A stretch of DNA of 64,000 bases, taken from positions 1 to 64,000 of the forward strand of contig NGBS01000609.1 of assembly GCA_002245135.1 (NCBI GenBank). The letters are read 5' to 3'. Positions 38,857 to 52,200 of the stretch are shown here, piece after piece. This DNA comes from Proteromonas lacertae (Eukaryota). Position 1 is the first letter of the stretch. Every line of letters starts with the position of its first letter. The notes beneath the pieces were generated by a model. That model ran no database searches, was not told the origin of the DNA, and was given only the letters and a program-made list of their open reading frames with translations. The position numbers were made by a program, and so were the translations under genes.

Positions 38857-38870
38857 TTACTCATTATTAT

Positions 38871-39007
38871 TTGTTATACAAAGATTTACCAGGTGATGAC
38901 ATTCTTGACAATGGAGCGCTTGGACTTCGATTCTTTAAAACTATTTTTGGAGAAGTAGAAGAGATAGAACTTAATTGATTTACAGAATACACTTTAGATT
39001 GGTTCAT
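38871..39007 (-). pseudogene. Duplicated 5' fragment of the giant coiled-coil gene
   Basis: Near-identical to 59222-59358 (MNQSKVYSVNQLSS...GKSLYN), then runs into TAA at the junction. Confidence 0.9.
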
Positions 39008-39441
39008 TCTATTATTTTATAGAAAATTTATTTTGTTTATACCTCAAGATGTTTATTTACTTTCTCTAATTACAAATATAAAATGATTAAAATTTAAAAA
39101 TGGCTTGATTGATTCAAATCTTTCAAAAATGATTTTGTTGATTTTTTCATAGAATATATAGTAAATTCAGCAATACCATCGATTTTCGAAGTATTTCATT
39201 TGAATTATATGAATAGACGAAATAACTAATAGAAAAGTATAAGTGAAGTCTCTTTAGTTGTAGAAGATGAATGTGATATTGAAATGATAAAGATCATATG
39301 TAAATGTGATAAAAAGAAATAAGAGTTTTAAATGCGTAGAGAATCCCTCATTTATGTTAGATTGTTATAACTCGAATATGAGTTGATTTAGAAAATATAA
39401 TCTTTATCAAGTAATGATATTTGAAAGATAACTTATTTTTG

Positions 39442-42400
39442 TTAGATTGTTGTTTTTTTTTCAGATGGTGGCTGTTTAACATCATTTGGTGAAGATGGTA
39501 GTTGTATATTTTTTAGAATAAAATCCTTTCCATACACTTCTTGCTCGAATTCTGATAAATAATACTTTAAATCAATTTTATCTTCTGATATTTCTATATT
39601 CTGTTTAACTGGTTTATAAGTTATTGGATCTAGTATTGGCTTTAAATGAGATATAAACTTTTTCTCTACTTTTAATTGTTTAGAAGTTTTGCCTTTTGAT
39701 GAAACAAATATATAATGAAAATCTAACCATTTCATTTTCATTGACAGTTGAATAATACATTCATCAATTATTTCATTACATTCTCTTTTGGCTTCGCTTG
39801 GATCATTTATAATATGAATAAAACAGTTATTCATCAAATAAATCATTTCTCTATTCTCAACAGTTGCTAAATGAACTAAATACACACCTTTCATTTTAGT
39901 AGAATATATATCAACATTGAATAATTCTTTAAAAGTGTCAAATTCATTCTTATCAATTGTTTCTATTATTGTATTATTTTTATATTTTAATTTTTCTCCA
40001 TTATATAAGCAGTTGTAAAATACTAGTTCTTCAAATAGTAATTGAAATAATTGATGATCTTTTTTATTATAAATACTCCTAAAAATCCCTTGAATATCAT
40101 TAATATCTGCTTTTTCAGCTTTGTGTTTTATGTTATCATAAATATAATCAAATACTTCATCAGATATAAACTCCATTTCATATTCATTGATTCTATCATA
40201 ATATTTGATTTTATTCACTTCATCTTTATATGGTATAGAATATTTCACTATCAAATGACATAATGTAATATCAAATCTTTCTGATTTATAATTAGATATT
40301 TTATCTTCTGCAGACTCACTTGGAAATAGATATTTCATTAGAAATTCCATATATCCAATACCTCCAATTATTCTCTTAATACCTATTGAGTATAACTCAT
40401 CCCAATAATCTCTGCCATAACTTACATCATATATTGCTGCATAATAGATATGTCTTGGAACATTTCCATATTTACTATTGAATCCATTTTTATATATTGA
40501 ATATGTCAGTTTAGTTGTTAAACATTTTTCTTCCCATTCCTTTATTTCATCATTACTAAATACATCCATATAATAATAGAATTTATTACGATTATTTACT
40601 ATAAAATTTTTATAATTCTTATAATCTGGTGAAGTAATGTATAATAATAGTAAAGAATTTGCTTGTCTTTCAGAAAGGTTATGTGAATCTGATATAGCTA
40701 TATCAGAGATATTTGGATTGTTAATACCTCTATGGATTTTTTCTCCAATTAATCGATATTTATTGAAATCATTATTACCTCCATTTTTAAATACATATAC
40801 TTCAATTTTCAATTTATTATCATTAATTTTTTTATTTAATTCAATGATCATCTTCAACAAGAATATTATAAAAGAGGTTTTACCACATCCTGGATTTCCT
40901 CTTAACAGAATTTTAAAAAACGTAACTTCATCGAAGTTTTTTCCATTATCTTCCTTTCTGATTTTACCTCTAAATATTTTATTGTTCATATCATCTAGAA
41001 CAGCTATTTTCTCTTCAAAACATTTTCCTTTTATAATATATTCTCTAATAATATTTATATTTCTTTTATTATTCTCTTCATTATCTTCTCTTATACATTC
41101 ATTTATTATTTCAACAATAGCATTAATATCATCAAAACTTTCACGTTTAACTTCTCGTATTTTCAAAAAGAATATATAATATTTCAATTCATTCCATATA
41201 TCTTTATAAACATCTCGGATATACACTCTCCTTTCAGGATATTGGAATATATCACATCCAATGCTTATTGTATTATCATAGTTTATAATCACTGGTTTTT
41301 CAAATATTCGACATAATTCATTTGTTTCTATTATTACAATATTATATTAATATAAATATACTTGTACAGGTAGAACAAAAATCTTTTAAATTTCCTTTCA
41401 TTATTGATATTGAATTATAGGCATGTTTTAACTTGTCAATATACTCTTTAGCAGCATCTTTAATTAAATCAGGTATGAAATTCTGAATATCTTCTTCTTT
41501 ACCAACACATAATATCGATATTAGCTTTTCTTTATTATCTTCATTAATTGGGATAGGTAATTGAGATAATAACTTATCAATATCCTCTTTAGGAGTATTA
41601 CTAGGATTAGGTATTTTTGACAAAAATTGATGAATATCATCTTTATTAGGAACAGGTAATGCTGATATTAACTGATCTATAGAATTTTCACTTATAGTGA
41701 TTTTCAATTCAGCTAATATCTTTTTAATATCTTCTTTTGTAACATCAACAGGCAATTCAGATAAAAACTGTTCTATGTAATTTTTACTTACAGCATATAG
41801 TAATTCACATAGTAATTTACCTATTACTTCTTTATTAACAATGTAAGGTAATGTTAATGTATATTGATTAACAACAGAAGACATGTAATTAAGTAACCTA
41901 TTTTTGTTATCTTCATTTATAGGAAAGACTAAATTGGATAAATTATCATCTATCCACTTCTTAATTTTATCAATAGGTAATTCTGATAATAATTTATCCA
42001 CATAGTTTCTTGTAGGAACAGTTAATCCAATATAATTTTTCAAATGTTTTACTTCTTCTTTATCTTTATTCAGTACTACAATTTCATCTATTCTCCTACA
42101 TAAATTTTCAATACCATTTATTATCTTTTATTATCTTCATTTAACTCCAATTCACCATTTGATGTATTTAATTCATTTACAAAATCATTATATTCATCTA
42201 TAATTACTTTTAAACTATCAGTTTTATTAGCTTGATTCATAATAATAGCATTGTTAAATTCTTTAACCAACTCATTAATATCTTTTTCAGGATTAATTGG
42301 CTTTTTCGAAGGTTCTTTTATAAGTAAATTGGAATATTCTTTTGGCTTGAATTTAAATGTTGTATTTGCAGTAAATCTTTCAGGAGTTGTTTCTTGATTA

Positions 42401-45400
42401 TAAACATTTAATAATTCTTTTGTAGTCAAATTTAAAGTAGAAAATCTAAGTCTTTTTGATTTTATAGATTTGATTATATTCTTTTGGTTTTTATCTAAAG
42501 AACATTTTCCTGATTTTGTTATTTCTGTTCTTGGCCTTTTTGCAGGATTTACAAAATCCCAAATATATGTCTTATTCATCTCTTTTATCATTTCATTTTT
42601 AAATTCTTTGCCATAATATCCAAAATCTTCTTCACCTATTACAAGTTTTGTTGTAACTTCATCATGATCATATGTAACAAATATAATTCTAAATATTGGA
42701 TTACATCTGTTTAATTCAGTACGATCATAGCTTCTATTATTGTCAATTGACTATAATAATAATAATAACATAATATACAGTAATAATTTCATTTTTCATA
42801 TCTTCTCTCTCTTCATGATCTAAATCAATGTAATATTCATCGATTAAATAATCATCTAAATCATGCAACAACTTTTTGTAATCTTCACTATATTCTCCTA
42901 TTTCAGAATTCATTTTATTCTTCACTAATTCATTTCCTACTTCAAGATCGCATATACCTAACAATTGGAGTTGATATTGTAATGAAAGAAGTTTATTATG
43001 TAAATTGGTTAATTCTTCAGTAGATATTTCCTTGTCATTATCACTTATTGATTCTCCATTAACTTCAGTAGTGGATGAAGGTGGTATAGATGATTTATCA
43101 TCATCATTATCTTCTATGTCCATATCTGCTTTAAAATATTTAAGGAAAAGTCTCAAATATGATAAACATGTTTCAAGATCATTGTCCAAGTTAAACTGTA
43201 AATATGATTGGAACAGCTTATGTATCATATAAAGGTGACTCTTCAATACTTGAATACTATCACATATTTTATTTAACTTTTCTGGATCATTTTGTGATTC
43301 GGTTATTCCACCATATAATGTGGTTATTCTGTTTGATATATCAGATAAATTCTTTTGTAATGATGAAACTAAATCAATTAATTCTAAAACTGGTTCATTT
43401 GTTTTCAACTGGTTAAGGAAATAATTCAATCTGTCAAGCAATTCTTGTAGTTGCTCTTTTATCATTTCAATTTCGTTATGTAATTCCTTTACTCTTTCAT
43501 TCAATTCGTCTGGTTTGTTTAGTAATTCGCTCCATCGACTTTCGAATGACTCATCTACTACATCTATTTGTTCTACTGTTTTTGCTTTATAATCATTTAT
43601 TTCATTCTTTAAATCATTCATTTGGGTGCTAAATACTTCATCATTTACTGATTCTTCTAATTGTCTATCAATTATATTTATGATATTGTTAAATATGGCT
43701 AATCTGACTTTCATTTTAAATATTTCAATTGGTTCTAAAATACTTAACAATTGTGTAGTATATCTATCATATTCTTCTTTTAATTGTTGTTTGATTGCTT
43801 CTAATTGTTCTTTTATTAAAACTTTAAGTTTATCTATATTTAAATTTTCATTATTTTGAATAGATTTCAATATATTCTTAACTTTAGGCTGTAATTCAAT
43901 CACCAATTCTTCAAATTTTGTCTTATCACTATCCATAACATCTTTGAATTCTGCCTGTCTATCAGCACTATACATATTCATCAAATCAGAGTCGATATAT
44001 CTTCTGCAGTTAATTTCATTGATTAAGAACTAGAAATAATATAAGAAATAATAGAATATACATAACTTTCACATAGAATTCTTTTACGTTGATCCATTTT
44101 GAATATTATATATTTCTTTAAACTACTTGGTATATAACCAAGATCATAAAGTGAAGATGCTTGTGAAATACCTTCTGGAAATGGATTAGTAGGAGTATTT
44201 AATATGTAACCTATCATCTTATCTTTATGGTAACTGTATATCATCTAATCAAGTATAATAATATATTAATATACATTCAGAAATACAATTATTGTATCTT
44301 CTGTGGGATGATCATCTTTAATTGTCATTTGAACAGATGTAATATTGAATATATTAATTATACAGCTATCAATTGCTGGAAATTCTTGATTTTCACTAAA
44401 ATCAACATATATGGTATTAGAAATATCACTATTTCCGTATATCTTTTCATCTGAGTGAAGATATTTATCAACAAAATCTTTCATATTATCATGATAACAC
44501 ATATTACCACCTATATATAGAATATTCTGATTATCAAGCAACCTATCTTTTATAATAATATGGCACATTCTTTCAAATATCATTCCATTTCTTTGATCCT
44601 TAAATGCATGATATAAATATTTAAATCTTTTTGGTTCATTGAAGTATGTTGTTAAAATTTTTCTTTCTATTTCATCTGATTTAAACTTTATTCTTTCTGG
44701 AATTACATCGATTCTATCAGTGTCATATATATAATACATTTCATTGTATGATGCTGGTATATATGATGGTAAACCATCTCTTTCTGGATCAAATTCATTT
44801 TCATATATATATTCTATTTCAGACAATTCACACTCTATACTGTTACAAAAGTTGATTTCTTCTGATGTGAGAGGTAGTAAATAGAATTGTACTGGAGCTC
44901 TTTTATTACTCATAACTTTGTATTTATCTGCACTTGGTGAAGATACCATAATCACTATCTCAGCATTACTGTAATCATCTTCTTTAATTGGATAATTATC
45001 ACTAATCACTATTGTTTTTCTTTTTGTATAAGGTAGATCTTTTATTTCTTCATATCCAACACCATAAGCTTCTCGATAATAATAACAGTATTTTTTACTT
45101 CTTTCTCGTGTATAACAGTAAAGAACAATATTATATCCCTCGAAATATTTATCTTTGCTGAAACAGTGAGCAAGAAAACAGCTTAACATTGTTTTACCCA
45201 TTCCTTCATTGCCATACACTAAAAAACATTTTTGATATCTAAATTCTCTACTGTTGCTTATAACACTCTTCATCTCACAGTAAATCTGAAGGAAGCAATC
45301 TCGGACTAAAATAAAAGGTTTTCTACAATAAGAGAAAGCTTTGCCATTTATAACATCAACTTCAGTTAGTTTTATTTCGTTTATCACACTCTGATCTAAG

Positions 45401-45417
45401 GTAGATTCTGACTGCAT
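39442..45417 (-). CDS. Crinkler/RHS-like tandem NTPase + REase-like protein, copy B (nearly intact)
   Basis: Same motifs and four introns as copy A; only break seen is a one-base poly-A difference near 42125. Confidence 0.8.
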
Positions 45418-45565
45418 AACTATAGATAATTTGTCTCTTCAAATATCAAAATGAATGTGAGTAAAGCTTTTCAAAAAAAATAGCTGTTTCAATAAACACA
45501 AACCTTATCAAGCTTTTGATATAAAACATAAAAAATAGAAAGAAATACTCATTATTATTAGAAAA

Positions 45566-47466
45566 TTAATTCACATTTTCTAATTTCAACACATAAGCAA
45601 AGGTATCAGGAATATCATCAAATTCAAATATTGGGAAATGAATTATCAAACCACTTTCACTATTTTCAAATGTAAATTTATATCCTTTTTTATCTCCCAA
45701 TAAACTAATCTTAGTATTATCTGTTGCTTTGGGAATGGTTAATGTCAATTTACTATCACTGTGTTTTGGCCATTCATAGAATAATACATATAATATCTTA
45801 TCATTATTCTTTGGAACTGTGTAAGCTATATTTTTATTTTTAGCATTATCAAATGGAACTTTATATGGTTTTGTTTTATAAATAGCTTCACCATTTATTT
45901 TCATAAATCTTCCAATATCTCTTAATCTTTCTTCATATTCTGGAGTTATTATTCCATCAGCTGTTGGACCAACATTTATTAACATATTACCACCTGTTGC
46001 TATCACTGTTATTAAGTCTCTTATTAACTCTTTTGAGGAATAAAAATCACTTAATCTTTTAGTTTTATCATAACACCAACAATCTTTTGTCATTGTAAAA
46101 CAACATTCATATTTCTCATCCAGTGTTGCATCAGGAATAAATCGATCACTTCCTGTTAAATAATCACCACTACCATCATATCCCCATCTTGAATTAGTTA
46201 CTACTGTATTCTTAACTGGACTTGATGAGTATAACCAACTTAAGAATTTTTCATTTTGATAATATAATTCTCGTTTATCCATTTCATCAGAACCATCTGA
46301 CCATATTAAATCAGGTTTATAATCATTAGTTATTTGAATCAAAGAGGGATGCAATACTTGTTCTGTATATTTCGTTGTTTTATCTTTCTTATCTTTTTCC
46401 CATAAGGCATTTCCCCATTCTTTTATACTGTGATATAAACCCATTTTCATTCCTGTTGCTTTTACTGCTTTGGTTAATTCACCTGTTAAATCTCTATGTG
46501 ATCCTCTTTCTACTGAATTATATAAGTAATGTTGTGGAGATGGATAATTACAGAATCCATCATGATGCTTTGTTGTTAATACTACATATTGAGCACCAAC
46601 ATCTTTAAACAATTCAGCCCATTCACTTGCATTGAATAATTGAGCTTGAAACATATCAGCAAATTGATCATAAGTGAATTTCTTACCATTACATGGATAT
46701 TTATCTTCAGCTATTCCACTACATCCATACATCTTGTTATGATATTGAACATAAGCTGCTTGACCATTATGAAGATATTTATAATACCATTCGCTTTTGA
46801 AAGCTGGAACACTGAATAAAGTCCAATGAATGAATATACCAAATTTGGCATCATCAAACCATTTTGGAGATGGTCTTGCAGCTAATGCAGCTGGCTTTTC
46901 TGGATATGGAGGTAAAGGACATGCTTTATCTTCATAGGTTGAATTACAAGCATAAGAAGTTGAAACTGTGAAATGATAGTTTATTTTTCTTCTTATTAAT
47001 ACATTGGTGATTTTTGCATCTGAGATTGATTTATCACAAACAAAATCCATTGAAAACATTTTCGTTACGATTGCACCCATCTTTTCACCATCTATATACG
47101 CTACTCTTGCTCCTTTGTCAGGATTTTTAATCTCGCTTGGTAGAATTATCTCGGTTTTGTTAATGCCTAATGACACACATACATCATTCTCTATTTTATA
47201 ACCTGTTGATGCTACAACGCTGTTACACTTTTCAGGAACATCAACAACATTACCTCCAACTAAGAATATAATTCAACAAATATACGTCGCAAAAAATAGT
47301 TAATCCCATCCTTCTCATATTGCATCGATTTCAACTCTGTTAGTCTACATAAATCATATCTGTAACAACCCTTCTCATCATTTGATGGAATTGACAAAAT
47401 ACATGAGTTACAAGTAACAAAAGCAAAAGCTACCACAAAAACAAACAAATAATTGAGTTTATTCAT
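45566..47466 (-). CDS. Secreted alpha-L-fucosidase (GH29) with N-terminal MRH-like domain
   Basis: WFDDAKFGIFIHW, LTTKHHDGF, PDLIWSDG, GGNMLINVGP; signal peptide; one short intron near 47260-47285. Confidence 0.92.
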
Positions 47467-48285
47467 ATTTTGTTATAAACCAATAGAATTTTTGTAATTG
47501 TGTTATTCAAAAAAGTGAGAATAAATATAGAAGAATGATAGATATAACAACAAAATTAAAATATAGGTAATGATTATAAACTAAAAAATAATAAGTGACT
47601 TCATTCAACAAATGTATAACATACAAACACAGAGTTTAATATATCTAATTCATTACTTCCAATTAATACTTTCAATTTATCAGCAAATATGTTATAATAA
47701 CTATATCTAAAAGCAGAAATACTATATTGTGAATGTATATTTCAATTAAGGCTATAAATAATAAAAGAGTATTTAATACTTAAAATACTGATTCAATTGT
47801 AGCCATAATCATGATAACTATCTGAATAATGCAGAATGATTTAAATATTGGTTAACTATTGCTCTTAATAGTATCTTTCTAGAAAATTCTTCATTTATTA
47901 TTAAATGCTTATGGCTTAACAAATATTAAATAAGTAAATGTATTATTTCATACTTTTAATATATCAAGTAAAGATGACCATAATTCTGTAAGATAGCCAT
48001 ATTGTTAACTTTTGTTGAATATTTCCATCTATGTTACAATATGTTGTAAAATAGCTAGTATAGTGTTATATATTTAACGATATATTTATTAGCAAATTAG
48101 TAGTTTTCAATACCCAAATTTAATACATGTTTTGTATATAATTTATTATTATCTATATTACCCTATGGTGTAAAACAATTTTGAGGAATTTATTTTGTAA
48201 ATAGTGTTTGATATAATGATATTTGATTTGCTATGGAATGACATATTTTATCAAGCCCATAATTCAAACTTGTTTTCTATTTTAA

Positions 48286-49204
48286 ATGATAATTAAAGAA
48301 GCATTTGTTTATTCATTAAAAAACCACAAGCATATAATTACTGTTATTATGCATACAGTTATAATAGTAGTAATAGTATATTATTCGTGGTTAAATTTCG
48401 AGAATAAATGTAATATGTCTGTAAATTTAAATGATTTACTAGAAATTACAACCTATATGTTTAACAGAAAAGGAATAGATTTTTGGATAAACTGGGGTAT
48501 ACTCTTAAAGTAATTTTAGGTGTTTTACTTGGTTATGTTCGAAATAATAATATCCTAAATGAAGATTATGATTTAGATGTGATAATAAATGGAAATGATT
48601 ATGATCGAATAATGTCTTTAAAGTCAGATTTTAAATCTTACGGTTATAGTCTTTATGGTAAAAACGATAAAATCCCTCACAACATATTAGGTAGAATGTG
48701 GCGTAAGAAGTTAGTTCGAGTGAGTGCGAGATTATATAACGATAAAAGTGGTTATTATATAGAATTCTTCGAAAATTATATAGTTCCTCCTGGTAAAGTA
48801 TAAATTTATATATACTTAAGAATTAGATAAATGAAATAAAAAGTAAATATCCTTCAGTAGAATTGCCTTCTCATATTTTCAATAACATTTCCTATGTTTG
48901 TATTGGAAGACAAAGTGAAAATCCAACAGCTACTGAAATATGTTTAGAATATGATGATATTTATCCTTTACAAAGAATTGAAGTATTTCCTCAACATTTT
49001 GACTTATTAGCTCCAAATAAGATAGAAAATGTATTAAAAGAAGAATATGGTGAGAATTATATGATTCCCGTATTGAAAGGATATAAAGCTTTAGTTTGTT
49101 ATACAGATCCTTTAAATGTGTCTTTATTGTTGAGTTTTTTATATTTATTATATGTGCTATATAATGTAAAGTGTAGATTTAGAGTAAGAAAACTAAAAGA
49201 ATAA
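48286..49204 (+). CDS. LicD/fukutin-family nucleotidyltransferase, membrane-anchored
   Basis: FWINWG|VLLGYVRNNNILNEDYDLD motif across an intron; YGENYMIP; TM segments at both ends. Confidence 0.85.
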
Positions 49205-49287
49205 TTTTTGTTAGAATTATTGGGTATTTGATTAATACAATTCATAATAATAATAATATATATACATATATTTATAAATTCAATTAC

Positions 49288-52200
49288 TTATTCTAAATCA
49301 TCATTATCATCATCTTCTTCTTCTTCTTCAACTTCTCCTTCTTCATGAGCTATCTCTTTAAAACTTCTCATTAATTCATCATTCTCTTTCATAATTCCAT
49401 CAATACTTGTTTCAGATGAAGAAGTGGATGATGAACCATTATTATCATTATCAATTACATTCATTAGTATTGGATCAGATAAACAATCATCTATTATTTT
49501 ATCCAATATCTCATCAGCTATTTCACTTTCAAAATTCTCTATTGAAGTATTTATATTATCATTGAAATCTTGTTGAATTGACATTAATAAAGGAGATATA
49601 TTACCTATTGAATATGAATCAATTCTATTTATTCTATTTGTAATCCATTGGCATATTTGAAATGGTTCATTTCGATTAATATTTTCACTTAATGCAAAAT
49701 TAACTCCTGTTGTTATTTGGTTGAATAAATCATATACTAAATCACAGTATACATTCAATTCCATGCATTTTATATCTTCTTCATATGCTTTTTCACCATA
49801 AAATAACTCTTTTACATCTTCTATACTATAATATTTAGTTAATAATAATATTAAAGTGACAAATGTTTGTTTACTAAGTACAATTGCTAAATAATTATTT
49901 GAAGGAACAAGTTCTAGTTTACAGATGGAAATTAATTCATTGATAGCTGATAGATTCTCAGTTAATTTAGTGATTTCTTTCTCTAAGTCTCTTTTAGTCT
50001 TTTTTGCTTCAAACATTGCATCTAATGCATACTTATTTGGACTATTTTTTATCTCTTCGATTTTATCAGACAATTCTAATAATTCTTTCCTTTTTTGATT
50101 TAAGTCATTATTCACTATTTCTGATTGTGATTTTATTTCTTTTAATTTATCTAATAATTCACCTGCTTCTTCATAAAGTGGTTTTATTAATTCTCTTTTT
50201 GATATTACATCATGAAGTATTAATTCTTTTTCATTTTTAAGACTTTCAATTTGGCTCTTTAATTCTGCTTCAGCGTTTGGATTAGTTGACCATTCTACTA
50301 ATTGAGATAATTCAATTTCAAAATCTTTTTCTAATTCTTTCAATTGATACATCTCATTCTCTTCTGATTCTAATTTATCTTTTTCATAATCACATTTTAA
50401 ACTGATCATTTGTTTCTGTGTATTACATTCTTCTATTTGGGCCATTAAATTACCATTTTCTTCGACTAGCTTATACCTTTGATTTGATTCATCCTCAAAA
50501 TCTTCAATTGTCTTTGCTAATTCTTCATTACTATTGATCTGTTCTTTTAATACTTTTATTTGATTATCTATTGCCATAATTCTCATTTTCACTTCATCTT
50601 TTTCATCAATATAAAGATATGTTAGTATTGGATATTCTTCATAGGATACTTCATCATTATAACTTATATTATTATCAATTATAAATGATCCAACACCTAT
50701 TTCATTGTTATTATCACTAAAGCTTGATTCTGGTTTGAATGATTGTAATTGTTGTTGTAATTTTGTTATGGTATTAATTTTCATTTTCATTTCCAATTCT
50801 AATCCATTTATATCGTTAATCTTTTCTTCTATTTCTAATTTATCATTTGCAATAATTACATCTTTATTCTGTAACTGCTCATGTAATAGTTTTACTTCAT
50901 TTCTCAACTTCTTTTTCTCATAATCAATTTCTTTATTATTTTCTTCATTTTCTTCTTCTTCTTCTTCTAATGATGAATCTATTTTATCTCTCAAACTATT
51001 TACTGTATTCTCCAATTCTTGTATCTTTGCATTCTTTATTATCATATCTTTTTCTATTTGTTTTTTCTTATTTTCTATATCTTCTAATAAGGATTTGGTT
51101 GCTTGATACATTTGATTCATTTTATCATATTTATTTTGTATTTCATTTATTTTACCATTTAATACCTCATTTTCTTCTTTTAATAACTTTATATTTTCTG
51201 GATTATCTTCTTTTTCTTCTTCTTCAGATGAATCAAAATCATCTCTCATACTTCTAACACTTGTTAATTGTTTCAATAGTTCATTCTTTCCTTCAGATAA
51301 AACATTAATTTCAGTTTCATATTCAGATACTTTTCTCTTTAAATCAAAGTTCTGTGATCTTAAATCAGATATTTTATTATTCAATTTATTGATTTCTGTT
51401 GGATAATCAACTCGAGGTGATATATCTTCATCATTTTCATTTTCATTATTATTGAAAATATATTCGTTATTAATATTGTCGTTACTAATATCAGAATCTT
51501 CAGTTAAATGTTTAATCATCTCTTTTTGATGTTCAATAGTTTTATTCAATTCAATAATTTCATTGTTTAATATAGACTTTTCATTTTCACTATTTCTTCG
51601 GATATCTTTGATTTTTTGTTGTAATGAATATTTCTCTTGATTTAAAGCATTTTGATCTGATTGTAAATAGAATAATTCTTCACTTATTGTAGTATTTTCA
51701 TCTTTTAACTCTTTTATTATTTTATTTAATCTATTAATTTCTTCTTGATCTTTCTTTACTATTTCTTCATTCTCTTCTTCTTCTTTTGTTTTTTCTATTT
51801 TATTATTAATTGTTATTGGATTTGTCATTTCTTCTATTGTTTTAACTAAATCTTCTTTCTCTTTTTCTAATTGTTCATTAGTTTCTTGTATTTCATTCAA
51901 ATTGTGTTTCATTTTATCCAACTCCTCTTGTTTAGATAATAATTGCAAATTCAACTCATTTACTTCACTTTCATTCTCATTATTATTGTTTGAATTATTA
52001 TTTGTTTCTATTTTAATTTGATGGTTTAAATCATCAATTTGTGATTTTAATCGATTATTTTCATTCTCCAATCTTTGAATTACCAACTCATTTTCATGTG
52101 ATTTATTCTCTAATTCTTCCATTTTTCTACTGTAATTATCTTGTAGATTCTTCATTTCATTCACATTCTTCTCAGATTGTTGTAATAATGAATTAATTTG

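Larger units (their letters stand above)
38871..45545 (-). mobile_element. Putative NTPase-REase mobile unit B, carrying 3' flank of locus C
   Basis: Flanked by direct repeat TACTCATTATTAT(T) at 38858-38870 and 45546-45558. Confidence 0.6.

Noticed and set aside
32579..38870. Complete Polinton/virophage
   Set aside because: No polymerase, integrase, capsid or packaging ATPase recognised; no 6-bp TSD
26356..45545. Retrotransposed (processed) copies of the NTPase gene
   Set aside because: Introns are retained, there is no clear poly(A) tail, and no RT is seen
47590..48180. Possible small minus-strand multi-exon gene
   Set aside because: Intron-like GT-AG pieces are present but I could not assemble a consistent frame or motif
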